Source: Isurus oxyrinchus
Lineage: Eukaryota
Direction: 5' to 3'
Assembly (NCBI GenBank): GCA_026770705.1
Contig: JANJGN010000023.1
Location: 31,434,001-31,498,000 of the forward strand
DNA: 64,000 bases
Below, in pieces: positions 10,131 to 23,200 of this stretch. Below the pieces are notes generated by a model. It was given only the letters and a program-made list of their open reading frames with translations. It made no database searches and was not told the origin of the DNA. The first letter of the stretch is position 1. Every line of letters starts with the position of its first letter. The position numbers were made by a program, and so were the translations under genes.

Positions 10131-13100
10131 GATTCCCCTCTTTTCTTTTTAAATTAAACTAAAAAAACTTGAACACTTTTTTTAAAAAAACAGAAGGAAA
10201 TAATGTCACGTATTTCCACGTCTAATTCCCAAATTACACACAACACACACCACACACACAAAAACAATTTTTCATTGCATCATTATAACACATCCCTTTT
10301 CCAACACATTTAATAGTTTTTTTTAGAGCAGACACTTCTTTGTAAAACAGTCTGATAGTTGGCGACTTGTATCAACCCCTTTTATCTTAGAGATCTCTAT
10401 TCTCTTTAACATCTCCTTTATGCTGGCTAGGTCTATTTGTAGTCTTTGTTCTGTGACACACTTTGTGGAATGAACGTTGTCCCAGAGAGACCGGTTATCA
10501 ACATAACATTCTATGGGCAAAATTTTCCCACATTGCCCCATATATAATATTTCTGTCAATATATTGGATAAGTAAACCCCCATATCTAATGCCTCTGTTA
10601 AGGCTAATGTTTCTGCAGCTGAGGTGGTTTTCACTACCCTTTCTATTTCCTTGGCCTCCCAAGCCAGTGGGTAACATTTATTGTTCTTTCCCATAAGAAT
10701 ATGATGAGCCCTGCTCTGCTAGAGTCCCATCTGGAAGATTGGCATTTTAAGCATCACTAAAAATGACCAACCTCACCTTCTGGATCACCCAAGGCTGGAA
10801 ACTTAAAAAAAAATAAACTTTAAGAGTAGTGTGCTTAAGTGTTTTATTTGCTCTCAGAGCTTACTCAACTGTAGCATGTTTCATCATGGTACTCAGCTCC
10901 AACACATCATAACTAGCGTCAGGCCTGGTCTGAGTGCACAACCAGTTCAACTGCCCAATCAAACTTCTTAACTGTTCCATTTCTTCCTTGATAGCAGGAT
11001 CCTCTTTGAGGATCTACCATAATTAATATTTCCTAGAAAAGATTGTTGATTCAATGTCATTCCTAACTTGCTCTGCTTAATGTCTAAACCTATGTATTTA
11101 AAGGCCCCAGAAGCCTGACTTCTGACCTGGAATTCCTTCTTTATCTTCTCAACTACCCATTGTTCAAATTCTACAGATCCTCCCCACAGGAAATCATCAA
11201 CATGCGTGATAAAGATCCCAGGTAGTTTCTCCTTATGGTACCAGTAGAACATCACGGGGTCTGACTGCAACCTGTTTTCAGCAAGACAGACCTCACGGAA
11301 AAATACCATACTCTTGATGCATCATTCAATCCATAAACACATTTATTCAATTTCCATAGCTTTCCTTCAACATCCCCAGCTTCTTTGGGTGGTTTCAAAA
11401 AAAACTTCTTTGAAACTTCTTCTCCTGTAAAAATGCAGTCTTTATATCAATCCATTTACACTCCCAGGAATAGGATGCCAAAATAGCTAAAAAATATCTT
11501 CAAAACACACTTTCCCCGCAGTAGGCAACTCCACTCTGACATCCTGACTGCCTAGACTCTCTTCAAAGCCTCGGGCTACTTATCTCACTTTGGCCTTATA
11601 TGTGCCCTCTGGGAGTACCTTTTCTGTACAGATCCATCTGTGAGATAAAGCTGGCTGACCTCTGTCAGGTATTTCAGAATATACCCCAAATTCCTTCCAA
11701 CTTTCTAACTATTTCCTTTTGGCTTCTTTTATACGCCTACTTTCCAATTTATTAGCAGCTACTAGAACCTCTGTCATAAGGACTTCTAATTCTATTGAGA
11801 TTGCTAGCTTGATCTCTAGTCCTCCTTGTTAAGCTACAGCCCCTACTCACATTCCTCTCCCTTTCGCAAGTCCATGATTTTTTTTCCTAGGGTCACGACC
11901 ACTTCCTGGTCCACTGTCAGGACTCTTACTGCACCTTCTGGGTTTTCCACATCTTTACCTCAGTTTGCCATCGATAGGTCTTGGCTCTTGTCCTTCATCC
12001 TGCACATTTAGCCAATGTTTGTATTTAGCAGTGGCCTTTCCTGCTCTCCCTACGATGGTGGCATCCCTTCACACACTGGTCCCTTCTAGCATGTATGTTA
12101 CCTTTGTTCCTACTTTAGGTAATTGCCCTTTTGGACGAATAGCATTGTCCTGTACCTCAGCATTACTATGTTCATAGTCAGTCAACCCTGTATCTGACAT
12201 AATCTGCTCTTCATAACTACCCAGTTTATGTGAAGTGCATGGTGCCTCTTTGTGTTCTATGTCCTGTTCAGAACCTGTAAAAGTATAGTCAGTACCAATT
12301 AACTGTGAAGAATGTACCCTAAAAGTTTGATCACCATGTTGTACAATCACTACTTTCCCATCACTCCCTATAAACTTGCCAGGTCCTTTCCACTCTCTGG
12401 CCTTCCCTTTTATAATATACCATGTTTTCTTGTTTAAACCGTGTTCCTGATGGTCTTATGCGGTGCCATAGGGCCCACCGCATTTTGTCCAAAACCTCAG
12501 CTTTAATGAAAGCTTTTCTGCCCGCATGCAGAGCGTTCAGATGAGCAGAAAAAGTGGAGCTAATGCTAGCCCCTTCTAGAGCAGGGGGAGCATCTGACAA
12601 CACCAAAGGTAACTTTGGATTTCTTCCATACACCAACTAATACGGATTGTACCCCCAAACATTTGCAGAGAGTTCTTTGCATGCACCACCTACGTTAGCA
12701 CTGTTTGCAGTTTACAGCCCAGCTGATCAGCTAATATTTTATGTAGCATGTTATCTATTACTGCATGGTTTCTTTCACAAAGACCATTACAAAACAGGCT
12801 TTCAGCTGCAGTGTGCATGACTACAATGTTTAAATTTTTGCACATATCTTGAAATTCCTCATTGGCGAATTCCTCACCATTATCTGTGAGGAACTTCGTT
12901 AGTATTCCTAATCCTGTTCCTACCCATTTCTCCATGACCTTATTGACAATGGTCTTTTTGTCTTGACTATGTATCACAGTGGATAGACTAAATCTGGTTG
13001 CCATATCTATGAAGTGTAGTAAAAAAATACCCCTATCCTTGTCCCAAACTTTCAAATCCATTGCCATTGCATCGTTAAACTCCCTGGCTAGTGGCTCACA

Positions 13101-14814
13101 ACAGGTCGCAGAGGTGTCTTGCGATATTTAAGGCAAATGTCACACTGAGCAGTGATTTGTTCAATAAGATCATCATATCCTTTGTTGGCCACTCCCACAT
13201 CTCGAAGCAGAGTCTTCAGTTTCTGTGGCGCCATATGTGCAAACAGTCTATGTAATTTCCAAATGATCTTCCTTTTGTCCACCAAATTCTCATTCTCAGC
13301 AGTTAACAAAACTTCATGAACTTTTTGATGAGGGATCTCTGGCTTCCTTAATAGCAAGCAGTAATGGCTTGACCGAGTAAAATGTAGATCCACATTTTTT
13401 CCAAACACAGCTGCTCTATCATTCTTCATATCTAACATCATCTGAGCTGCCTTCATCACAGATTGACTCAACAGTAGCAGTGTCTCTCTGGAAACCACAT
13501 CAGTACTGATGATAAAGAGATTGATCCCTGCTATCTTACAAGGGAGGACCACCCGTTTAGAGGATGTTAATGTATTGTCATCTCCGAACCTGAAGCAGAT
13601 AGAGCTTTCATACTCCTTGACCTTCCGCCAGTCTGCCTCATCGGAGAGGCTCCAGATAGTAATCAAACCAGTCCATGCCGCACACCATAGAAGTGCAACC
13701 ACTGTCCAGAACTGCACAGTTGAAGGAATCTACCATCATGATACTCATCACCTGATGCAAACTCTGTGGTCAATACAATTCCATCATGGCAGTCATCATC
13801 ATCATTTTCAGTTCCAGATGAATCCGTCTCATGGGTCACTTCAAAAACATGACTCCTTCGCTGTGGGCATTATGTAATGATATTGGGAATCACACTGAAA
13901 ACAACACTGATTAACCATTCCCCGTGCATTTTTTTGGGTTTAAACATTCACGGTCACCATCCCAGACCCGCTTTTTGTCCCGACTCTCAGATTGGCCAGG
14001 GTTACGACCATTTTCAGACCTCTCATCATTAACCTCATCTTTGTATGTGAATCTTCATATAATATTTGGCCAACCACAAAATTCGGTCAACATTGAATCC
14101 TCTATCCTTTGTTTCACAGCATAGTTGTTCGCATTTGCTAAGAAAGTGGCAGGGAACAACTGTTTACCCAGAATTTTTTTTAGGGCAGCAGCCATTTGAT
14201 CTAGGAGAGATTCGTTCCCCCGGAACTGAATCCCTGTTAGTGCTAAAAGGCTATTCACTTGGGAAATGCAAGCACAGTCCAGCAATTTAAATGCCAATAC
14301 CGATTCTGGAATTTCAAGCTCAAATCTCTGTAGTCTCCAGTACCATTTATCAAAATCCAAGATATATTCTTCCATGGACTGATGATCTGATTTCCTAAAT
14401 CTATCAAAGATTGTCCAAGCATAATACATTTCCAATCACTTATTCTTTTTGTAGAACTTATCCAAAAATGGTTTAACAGATGGTTTAATCTCTCTTCATG
14501 ATCCAATTCATCCACTTTCCACCCTGAAAATACTTTACTCCTTATCTTACTTTTGGCTGGTAATGATAACACCAAAGCCATATCTTGCTTCTTCTGGGGT
14601 ATGGAAGCAACTCAGGTCCACATTTCAACCTCAGCCTTCCATTGCTGATAAGGTTCAGAGTCAGGAAAAAAATTGGTGGATAGTCAAAGCTTGTGATTTT
14701 ACACCATCCTTCTGCCATTCTGTAACTTAAATTGTCAGCAACAGGACACTTCATTTCCCTCCGAGGATTGAGACAAATATCTTCATATATTGCAATCAAT
14801 CAGCAAAGCTTAAA

Positions 14815-14832
14815 GTTCATCTTCTGCTACCA
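14815..14832 (-). promoter_or_regulatory. Primer-binding site, initiator tRNA-Met
   Basis: Minus strand reads TGGTAGCAGAAGATG directly after the 5' LTR, matching the tRNA-iMet complement TGGTAGCAGAGGATG with one mismatch. Confidence 0.88.
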
Positions 14833-15055
14833 TGTTACTCACAGTAAGAAGTTGTGGTGGAAGAATTAATCCAGGCTGGTCTCTTGGTTAAAGTTGGTTT
14901 ATTTCCAAGACAACTCCTCAGCACTGCTAACTTCCTAGTAACTTCCACACAAAGAATTCCAGCTGTACCTTTTTATTCTATTTAGATGGGATAATTAATG
15001 CCCATCACCTGCTTAACTAACAATTGATTTTAGCAAGATGATTGCCATATTAACA
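14833..15055 (-). repeat. Copia 5' LTR
   Basis: TG..CA ends; 223 bp versus 199 bp for the other LTR because of internal indels. Confidence 0.92.
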
Positions 15056-15270
15056 ATTTCCACACATTATTATTTTGGTAATTAAAAAAGTTTCTCCTGA
15101 TTTCTTTGTGGGTTTGATTAGAGACCATCTTATACTTGTGGCCCCAAGTTTGAGCCAGGGTCTCCCACAAATGAAAATATCTTCTCGATGCCCATCTGAT
15201 CAAACTCCTTTATATTTTTAAAGACCTCTAATAGGTCACCCCTTACCTCCCATTTTCTAGAGAAGGAACC
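15056..15270 (-). mobile_element. Old CR1 3' fragment, host of the Penelope-like and Copia insertions (other part ~9395-9584)
   Basis: Degenerate minus-strand match to the CR1 C-terminus (ggtgacctattagaggtctttaaa = GDLLEVFK) and to the UTR. Confidence 0.55.
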
Positions 15271-15282
15271 ACTAGCAATCAT

Positions 15283-15640
15283 TTGTTTTTCTTTTTGCTT
15301 GCTGTTCATACTCTACATAGCAAATGGACAGAAATCATTAAAACAAATTCCATAGCTACCACTTTGGGCATCGATACTCTAGACAAGTTATCTGCAAAAT
15401 GGGGTTTGCTGGAGGCTATCACCATGGACAGCGGACTGCCGTTTGTTTCCAGTCAGTTCACGGTGCTCCATAAAGCTATGGAACTCACCACATCTGACAT
15501 TGTGGTCCAATCGCAATTAAATGGTGGCATCAAAAGATTCAACAAGGTGACATACGACAGTCTGGGAGCTAGCACATCGGAGGGGGAAAATATTTGATCA
15601 GTCCATTCATATCCTATTCGCACATATTGATCTACCCCAC
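15283..15640 (+). mobile_element. Degenerate Gypsy integrase core fragment
   Basis: LAVHTLHSKWTEI..KWGLLEAITMDSGLPFVS..QLNGGIKRFNK resembles the rve core (SKWPE..FGLP..I.SDNG..F..SNG..ERFN). Confidence 0.7.
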
Positions 15641-18479
15641 AATCTCTGACCAGAAAGACACCAGTCGAACTTATGACTGTGCCCACCTTATGCCATTGTC
15701 AGCCGGCCCACCCACCGGTGAGTCCGAGAGTAAAGTTGTGAAGATTATCCCTGTCACTGAGATACGTAGAAGACGTAACAGGATCACGGCAGATGCTGTA
15801 GGATAACATTAACGTTTAATGTCCAGGCATTATGCAAATACTATAGGACCGACTCTTGCCCAAAATCAACAAAGTGAAGTCAGGTCTGGAGAGCGGGAAC
15901 AGTCTGATGACACCTGGAACCCCAGAGGATGATCCTTATTTAATATAAGCATTGGGCAGCTGCTTTGGAAACTAATGCTAGCACTGGGAGGCAGGCTAAA
16001 CAGGAGTGCTCCCCACACTGTGAGAAATAATCCCCATGGGAAGGTCCTTTGAAAATAGGGCCTTAGCCTTTTCTGGTTACTCCACGATTCCCACTGTGAT
16101 TCTGCTATAAAGGCTAGTCCATGCAGGCTTTCTGAATCCAAAAATTAAAATGTGTAGTCATGGAAGTGATGATGGCAGGCAGTCGCAGGGGATGTAGCAG
16201 GCCAGCCAATAGTCTATTGCCTTTCGGTGGGACCGGAAGATCTCGGCAGCAGGCAGGGCCAGAAAATCCAAGCCATTGTCAACTTATTGTGATATTTCCT
16301 TGTCCCACCCTTTTGAATTCCACTTGCACACAGTTTTCTATCCTTCTGTCATTCGCGCAATCCCTAAATTTGTCCAAAACTGTATTTGAAACTAAGCTAA
16401 TGAAATGAAGTGCACGTACAAATAGTACGTTTCCATTTCTTCTTTCTGAATATAGCAATAGCCATTTTAGCATAAACTTTGCCAAAAACTGAACATCTGA
16501 AGAATAGCATTGCTATTAATTAACTCCAAGGCCTGTTAACGTCCAAATTTCCTTTTTAATTTACAAATCATTTGGAAGGTTAATATTCTATCATCTGTGA
16601 CATGTAGTCCTCCTGAAAGCATTTCCTTCTCACATATAAGAGTACAGCACTGCAGTTTTATAGCAGTCGGATTATTGACTTATTTCAATATCACATTGAA
16701 CTATTAAGCAGTTGCCATTTTGTCTATAAATGCCATTCAGGCAAGTCAGTACTGAACTTGTGTTTGAGATTCATTTTGTGGCACACATAAACTGAGACTA
16801 GGCAGAATAATGGTGCAGACAGAGCGGAGAGCAGGCGAGTTGGCTAGGATTAACGCGATACAGCAGAGACAGCACACCAAAGAAACTATGCAACATTAAG
16901 CTGCTAAATAGGTCAACCCAAATACATCCACAATATTGTCTTTTAAATTTTAATTAGTGGTTCATTCAGATTCATTCTTAATCAACTGAGTCCATATAAA
17001 TAAGGGTTCTAAAGGTCCTCAAAGTACATCCCTTTGAGCAACAGGAATCTGTTGCCTTGTGATAATAAAGCTTCTGTGAGCCAGAGCTTTTGAAAAATTT
17101 GATTGTCTGGCTGGCTGACAGAAATGAATAGCTGGCGCTGCCTTCACTGAGCACAAGTGATAAAATCAGTCCTTAATTGGTAAAAATACTCCAAAGTGCT
17201 AAACCAGTTGAAAACAAATACATGAAGCACCGCTTCAGTGATCACAGATTTGTCAGTAGGTCCAAGAGGGACAGTCAGAGGCCAAGCAATTTGACAGGAG
17301 ACCATTTTGCCTTTGGCCAACAGCGATCTTTGGTCTCCTCCATCTATTTAGGGCCGAAGGTTGTAGAGAGAGAAGGTATAACCTTTTTTTTCCCCGTCAA
17401 TTTGACAACAGTTCAATGAAATATTCAGTACCCAGCAGACAGAATAATAGATACTTGGGATGAGCTGCTAACCATTTTATTTTATCTCTCAGCACAGGTG
17501 TGGTCAAGAAAACCACAAGAGTAAAACTTGCCCGGTTTATTAATGTCACCTGACCTTGACTTAGCAAAGCAAGTCACTCCTAGTTGGTTCCTAATGGACA
17601 CAGTATGCACACCATTCACCTTGAGCGAAAAAAAAACATTCACCATTATTCAAAGAGCAACGGAAACAATTGTTCTTTATTTTAAACAAAATTATTGATA
17701 GGAATAAGTGAACTTCGGGGAACAAAGATACTTGATGCTGTGAATCACATTCTTCGCAGGCTTGGGAGTCTGAGACTAAAGTTGTGAAGATTATCCCTGT
17801 CACTGTGATAGGTAGAAGATGTAATAAAATCACAGCAGAAAACATTGAAGCTTATCATGTCAATTGGATTGCTAAGTGCTAAAGCATTATTTTAAAAATT
17901 AGTGCAGCAACATAATTTATAAATATGTATGTTCAGATTAAGTGTAATTCATGCTTTTAGATAAATAATTGATAACATTGTGAAAGACCTATTTTTCTAA
18001 AGTTTTCTTCTGTTCTTCTATTTTCTTTATTTGCTGATTATGGGGCTCGAACTCCTGAGCTCCTGTTCCAATGCCAGAGGTGAATGGGATTTCTGAGCAC
18101 TGACCAGGTAGGATGACAACCCTGTTCTAAATCCTGAGCATAGGGTCACTTTAATAATCAGGGCAGGCAGCCAAAAGTTGTAGAGAGGTGTAACTGGAGA
18201 AATTTGAAGTGTTGTCATGATACTGCCATGGGGGTGGTGGAAATCCGATAGTATTTAGTGGGCTAAGGAAGACATTAAAATGTTTGTTTTTCTTGAAGGG
18301 GAACAGGAAACTAGGATCAATTACTGGGGAATGAATTTTTGTCATTGAGGCAGGAAACGGGAGTAAAGTTTGGTTTTGGGTGAGAAACACGTTCAGAGTT
18401 TCACAGGGATGAACTCTTAATTGGTATGGAGATGGGTTTCTGTCCACACAGAGCCGGTGGGGCCTAGGAACAGAGATGG

Positions 18480-20282
18480 GTCAGTTGAAGTGTGGGATTC
18501 ATTTTGACACCATTAGGACGTCATCATTGAGACTGGTTGTCCTGAGGGAGAGGTCTGCTGTTTGTGCCAAAGGCTTCCACTGTACCAGAGGGAAGTGAGA
18601 TACATAAGGCCTGGCACTTGGGCAGGGCAGACCCTTACTTCATCGATGCCAACCTGGATCTAATGCTAGAGGCTGTGAGGGTGAGGAGGGGGATGGTAGG
18701 AGGAGGCCATCTCGTCATGCCACAGTGGAACTATTCTGTTCAGTGTCATCTCCTTCTGCAACCAATTCCTCCACCTCCTCTCACCTCCTGCTCCTCGCCC
18801 AATGAGCTGTCTTTTCCAGGGCCTCACCACCTTCAAGATCCACACCTCTCTGGAGGCCATGTTATGGAGAGTCCAGTGGAACACCACAATGACAGGTTGG
18901 GTGGCATTGGTTGTATCACCTCTGCGCTTCTATCTGGCACTCACACAGAGGATCAGAGTCATCTCTTCAAAGGATTTTCCTTGTCCCCTAGGATCCATCC
19001 ATACCCCTTGGGGGTTGGGGATGGGGTGATGTCAGAGTAAATATCTGAAGCAGCCCTGACTGGCAAAGCATGAAAAAATCATGGCAGCTGCCAAGAAAGT
19101 AAATACACACATGGAGGAAAGTCTTGTTGAGGTCACAGGCCAGTTGGATGTTGAGGGAGTGGGAGCCCTTCCTGCTTATGGATCTCACTGGCTGGTCACT
19201 GGGTGCCTTGATGGCTACATGGGCGACATCAATGATGTCCTGCACCTGGAGGAATCCAGCAATGGAGTTGAAGCCCACTGTCCTCTGACCATGTGAGACT
19301 ATGTCTGTAGTTCAATCGATTTGCTTTCCGACTGTCAAAGTGGGCATCAGTGACCTGCGAGATGCAGCGGTGTGCAGCTGCTTTTTCAATGCCACTGATG
19401 TCTACACCTGATCCCTGAAAGGAGCCATAAGTGAAGAAGTTCAAGGCCACAGTGACTTTGATGGCCACTGGTAGGGCATGGTGAGCAGTGCTGCGGGTGG
19501 CGAGGTCTTCAACAACAAGGGCACTGATATCAGTTATTTGGAGATCGCAGGAGTTTCCTTTGGCACTGGGTCTTGGTCATCTCCAGGTACTTCTGTCTTC
19601 GGTGGTCAATCCTGTGTTAAGGAATTGGCTTCCATGCCTTCCTGCCCCTCTTTCATCTCTCTGCCTCCTGCTTCACTGGATTCTGCTCTTCCTGTAGAGA
19701 GTGTTGCCCTTCAATGCCACAGGGCCCAAAATCCGATACCCTTGCCTCCATTGCCAGCTGCAGCCTTCCTTCTGGTCATGTGGCTGCCCCATTGAGCTTG
19801 TTAGCCTTACTCCTTGTTTTCTGTCCCAAAATGCCAGGAACGTGCCAATCATATTGAAAGCTTGGATACTGAGTTCCCTCCCTCCCTGCTACCTGTGAGG
19901 TGCCAAGGGCACCCCCATACCAAGTATCTAGGCCCATTTGACTGGCTGATCCTCTATGGGGCCAGGTAATACTCTGGGGCAGCCATGTCTGGCTTTGAAC
20001 TCTGCCTTCAGTAATCAATTCCAGTAGGCAGGGGTAATCTGTCCCCCTCTTTAAAAATTAAAAGGTCAACCCCTGACAAGCTCTTAATGAACTTCTAACC
20101 TGTTAATTGGCCTCAATTTGGAGTGGTGTAGGATTCCTGTCCCACTGTCCCTTCCACCATGATGACTGATTATTGCTAGTGCCAGGATTGGTGCTTTGAA
20201 ATTGACATGCCACCCAGTCCTGGTAATTGTAGGGCCCCCATGTCTCTGTTCCCTATGCTGGGAGACCAGAAAATTCAGCCCT
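18480..20282 (-). mobile_element. Degenerate PIF/Harbinger element (transposase pseudogene)
   Basis: LPVAIKVTVALNFFTYGSFQ, IIDVAHVAI, SRKGSHSLNIQLACD, GSCHD, WILGDK and TLHN at 18760-19480, with frameshifts. TIR-like AAAATTCAGCCC at ~20270-20281. Possible plus-strand Myb-ORF remnant at ~18624-18695. Confidence 0.85.
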
Positions 20283-23200
20283 TCATCTTTGCAAGAAATT
20301 TGGGACCTCCAGTATGGAGGCTGCACCTATTCTCAGCAAGCTAGGCCCAAGTGGAGTGATGGGTGGAACCTCTGAGCTAGCCGAGGATCATTCCCCAAAA
20401 TATCCCCAAGTTACTGGTGGGATCGCAGGCTGATGACTCAGTTGACTCCCAACCCTAGCCATTGGAATTTGGAATGGATCAATGGTGGAACTGTGTCCTG
20501 CTCCACATTTCTGGCTTCTTGTGGGTAACCTGCCCAAGTTGCACCTTCCCTCACCCTGGATCTTAAGTGTTTGTGGAACATTAAGATGAAATCCTCGATG
20601 AATGATGACATTTAGAATGGAGTGATACATCAGCTACAATGACCCTGATGTTCACTGCAATGGGATTTCCAAGTAGGTAGGGAAGGACTTCTGATCACCT
20701 GAACACCATCAAGTTTTACATCTTAGCCAGCACATTGCTTTTTGAACAGGCACCCCACCCAGAAGCAAACCTGATTTGACAGGCTGGGCTCCCTGTCAGG
20801 TGGGGAAAGCTACAGAATGGCCCGCAGCCCAAAAACAGGTAAATTTGTGCTGTATGGGGTAAAGATCATGAGGGCGAGGTGGGTACAGTTTGGAAAATTG
20901 GGGGGGCGATTACAGTGGGGGGAGGGTGCATTGGAGAGAGATCAGAGGCAGAAATGAGGGGGGGGGGGCTCAAGGGGCAAGTCCAATCACAGTTAACTTG
21001 GGAGACTGGTGGGGGGAATTACTCCTGCTCGTCTTGGGCCACAAGCCGTGCTAGAAAGGCATTTATCTGTTTTGTATAGCAGTCCTTGCCCACAGTGTAA
21101 TGATGGAAGAGAGATAAAAGTCAGCCTTCTAAATTTACCTTTAACAGGGCTCTTAATGAGTCTAAATGTTTGCTCATCTTAGATGGGTGGGCAGCCTTTC
21201 TGGGCACTGAATTTATCTCCTACAAAATGTCTCCCAGGAAAGGCATCCTGAAACTGGCATGCCGGTATTTTCAGCCTCCACATCCCTGCTTCCACTCTGG
21301 ATCTCAAGGTGGAGGGTGGGGGGCACGGAGGGGGATGAAAATTCAGCTCAAAATGCCAGGCACACAGCCTCATTAAAACATTTAAATGAGGCTCCTAGCT
21401 GGATGTCCGCCATCAGTCCCCACCCCCTGTTAAAAGCAAAAGGGGGCCGATTTAAGGTGGGCTGAGTTTGGGTTTTAAGATTTTTAAAATTTTAACATCC
21501 CACCTTACCTAAACGCACTTATTTTTGGGGTGCTTAAAATTATCCCCAGACGATGCAGCAGCCATCTCATTGATTTCCAGGATGCCTGAATGGTGATTTC
21601 CTGATGAAGGACTAGTCAGTTTCTGCAGGTGTGTGCATTGTGTTAACAGCTGAGACAACCTGACATAATAACTGTGTCCTAAATATTACACCGTATTATG
21701 CATATACTTATGCTCTCTGTGTCTACACCTGAGTCCACATTTTGTAACTTCTGGAAGTTTTCTAGCCTACGCACATGGCATCACATTTTCTCTCCTACGG
21801 CCTCAGAGATTGAGGTGAAGGACAAACCCCTGTGGTCTCTGATGGATGAATGTGTCAAACCTATTTTGCCCCTGTGGAGGAACCAGCCCATGCTGTCGTT
21901 TCTTCTCTGAATGAATTGATGATGGATATTGTGGCTGTTTTCATTGTTACTTTCCACACTTTCCAGGTCATTTAGGAGCCATCGACAGGGCAACAAATCA
22001 TTTCGAAGCTTTCATCAACTCTTAACAATTATTTGTCGTCCAGTTGGTACCGCATGTCTCGTGGCCATGATTTTTTTTTTACTTCATAAAATAGCAGTTT
22101 TATAAACTGTTTTGCCAGAATTTTCAAAGGAAGAGATGGAAATTTTAGCTTTTGTCAGTTGCCCGTTTTAAAACCATTTTGTGCTGCTTAAGTGCCTGTA
22201 CAGTGATAGGCAGTCATTTTGAATTGTCCCTCTTCTGGCTCCAGATGAAGAATATTTAGGCATTTGGATCCAGCGTAATCTGGAATTCATAAGCAAAGTG
22301 TTCAAAGAGGTAGTCAAATTGTTTGATAATGTTGTGAGCCCTAATAAGCAAGCTCTGTCATCTGTAAAGGTCCTAAGTTAGTTAAATCTGGGTAATCTAA
22401 AATCAGTTTCTATTGCGCATGGACCCTCAGCATAAAATGACGCCTGACAGGGCACTAACTGCAGCATCAAAGGAAAGATGCACCAATGACTGGCATTGGA
22501 AATGAATGTCACATCAGCACAGTTAGGCCATTCTCCTGTTGCTGGCCCTGAGGCACATTGCCGGATCAGTCTAGAGAGAGTTTTACCCTGCATCTAACTC
22601 AGCTTTGCCTGACCTGGAAGTGCTTGCTGTTGACACTAGCTGCCTAAAATGGAAAGCTTTCCATTCGCCAAGACAAACATCCCCCATCTTGATGAAAAGT
22701 AAATTCAGAAAAAGTGAAAGAGGGAGAGAAAAACAAGATTTTGACCAACCTGATCATAACTGGTCCGCGAATGTTTGTGTTTTTCATTACTTTGTTTTAC
22801 CACAGTGGAGAGAGGACAATTTTCCTTGGATTAGGGTGCATGAAATGTTTGTTGTCCAGGTGCTAAGAACATAAGATTGGAATGAAAGCCAGTGACAGCA
22901 GAACTTAACCCTCTTTTTATCCCTCCATACTCTCCAGTGCTTTCTTGAAGAGGTGGACAGTCTGAACTTGCAGTAGGTGCTCATTCAGATATCATGAGAG
23001 TAAGCGTTCCCGATCCTCCTGCTTATTTACTTTTTTGTTATCAGTCAGGGATTCATTTCATTGGTGGGGGTGGGGGGTGGGGGGGGGGGGGAGGCACAGC
23101 TGTGGACCTAATAACCTTTGTGTGGCCTCCTCAGTCACAGCATGTCTTGGTAAATATCGGATTGAAATTCATTCGGATGAAATTTTTACTCAATACTACC

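Larger units (their letters stand above)
9932..15055 (-). mobile_element. Full-length degenerate Ty1/Copia LTR retrotransposon (GalEa-like)
   Basis: LTRs at 9932-10130 and 14833-15055; TSD ATTTC on both sides. Gag knuckle CFQCDSQYH, protease AVLDSGCTS, integrase LHRLFAH..CDIC / TDNGEEF / NGLCERNH, RT YGLNDASRVW / THVDDFLWGG, RNase H AAETLAL / VDNRSL / QLSDCFTK, in Copia order. Stops and frameshifts present. Confidence 0.95.
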
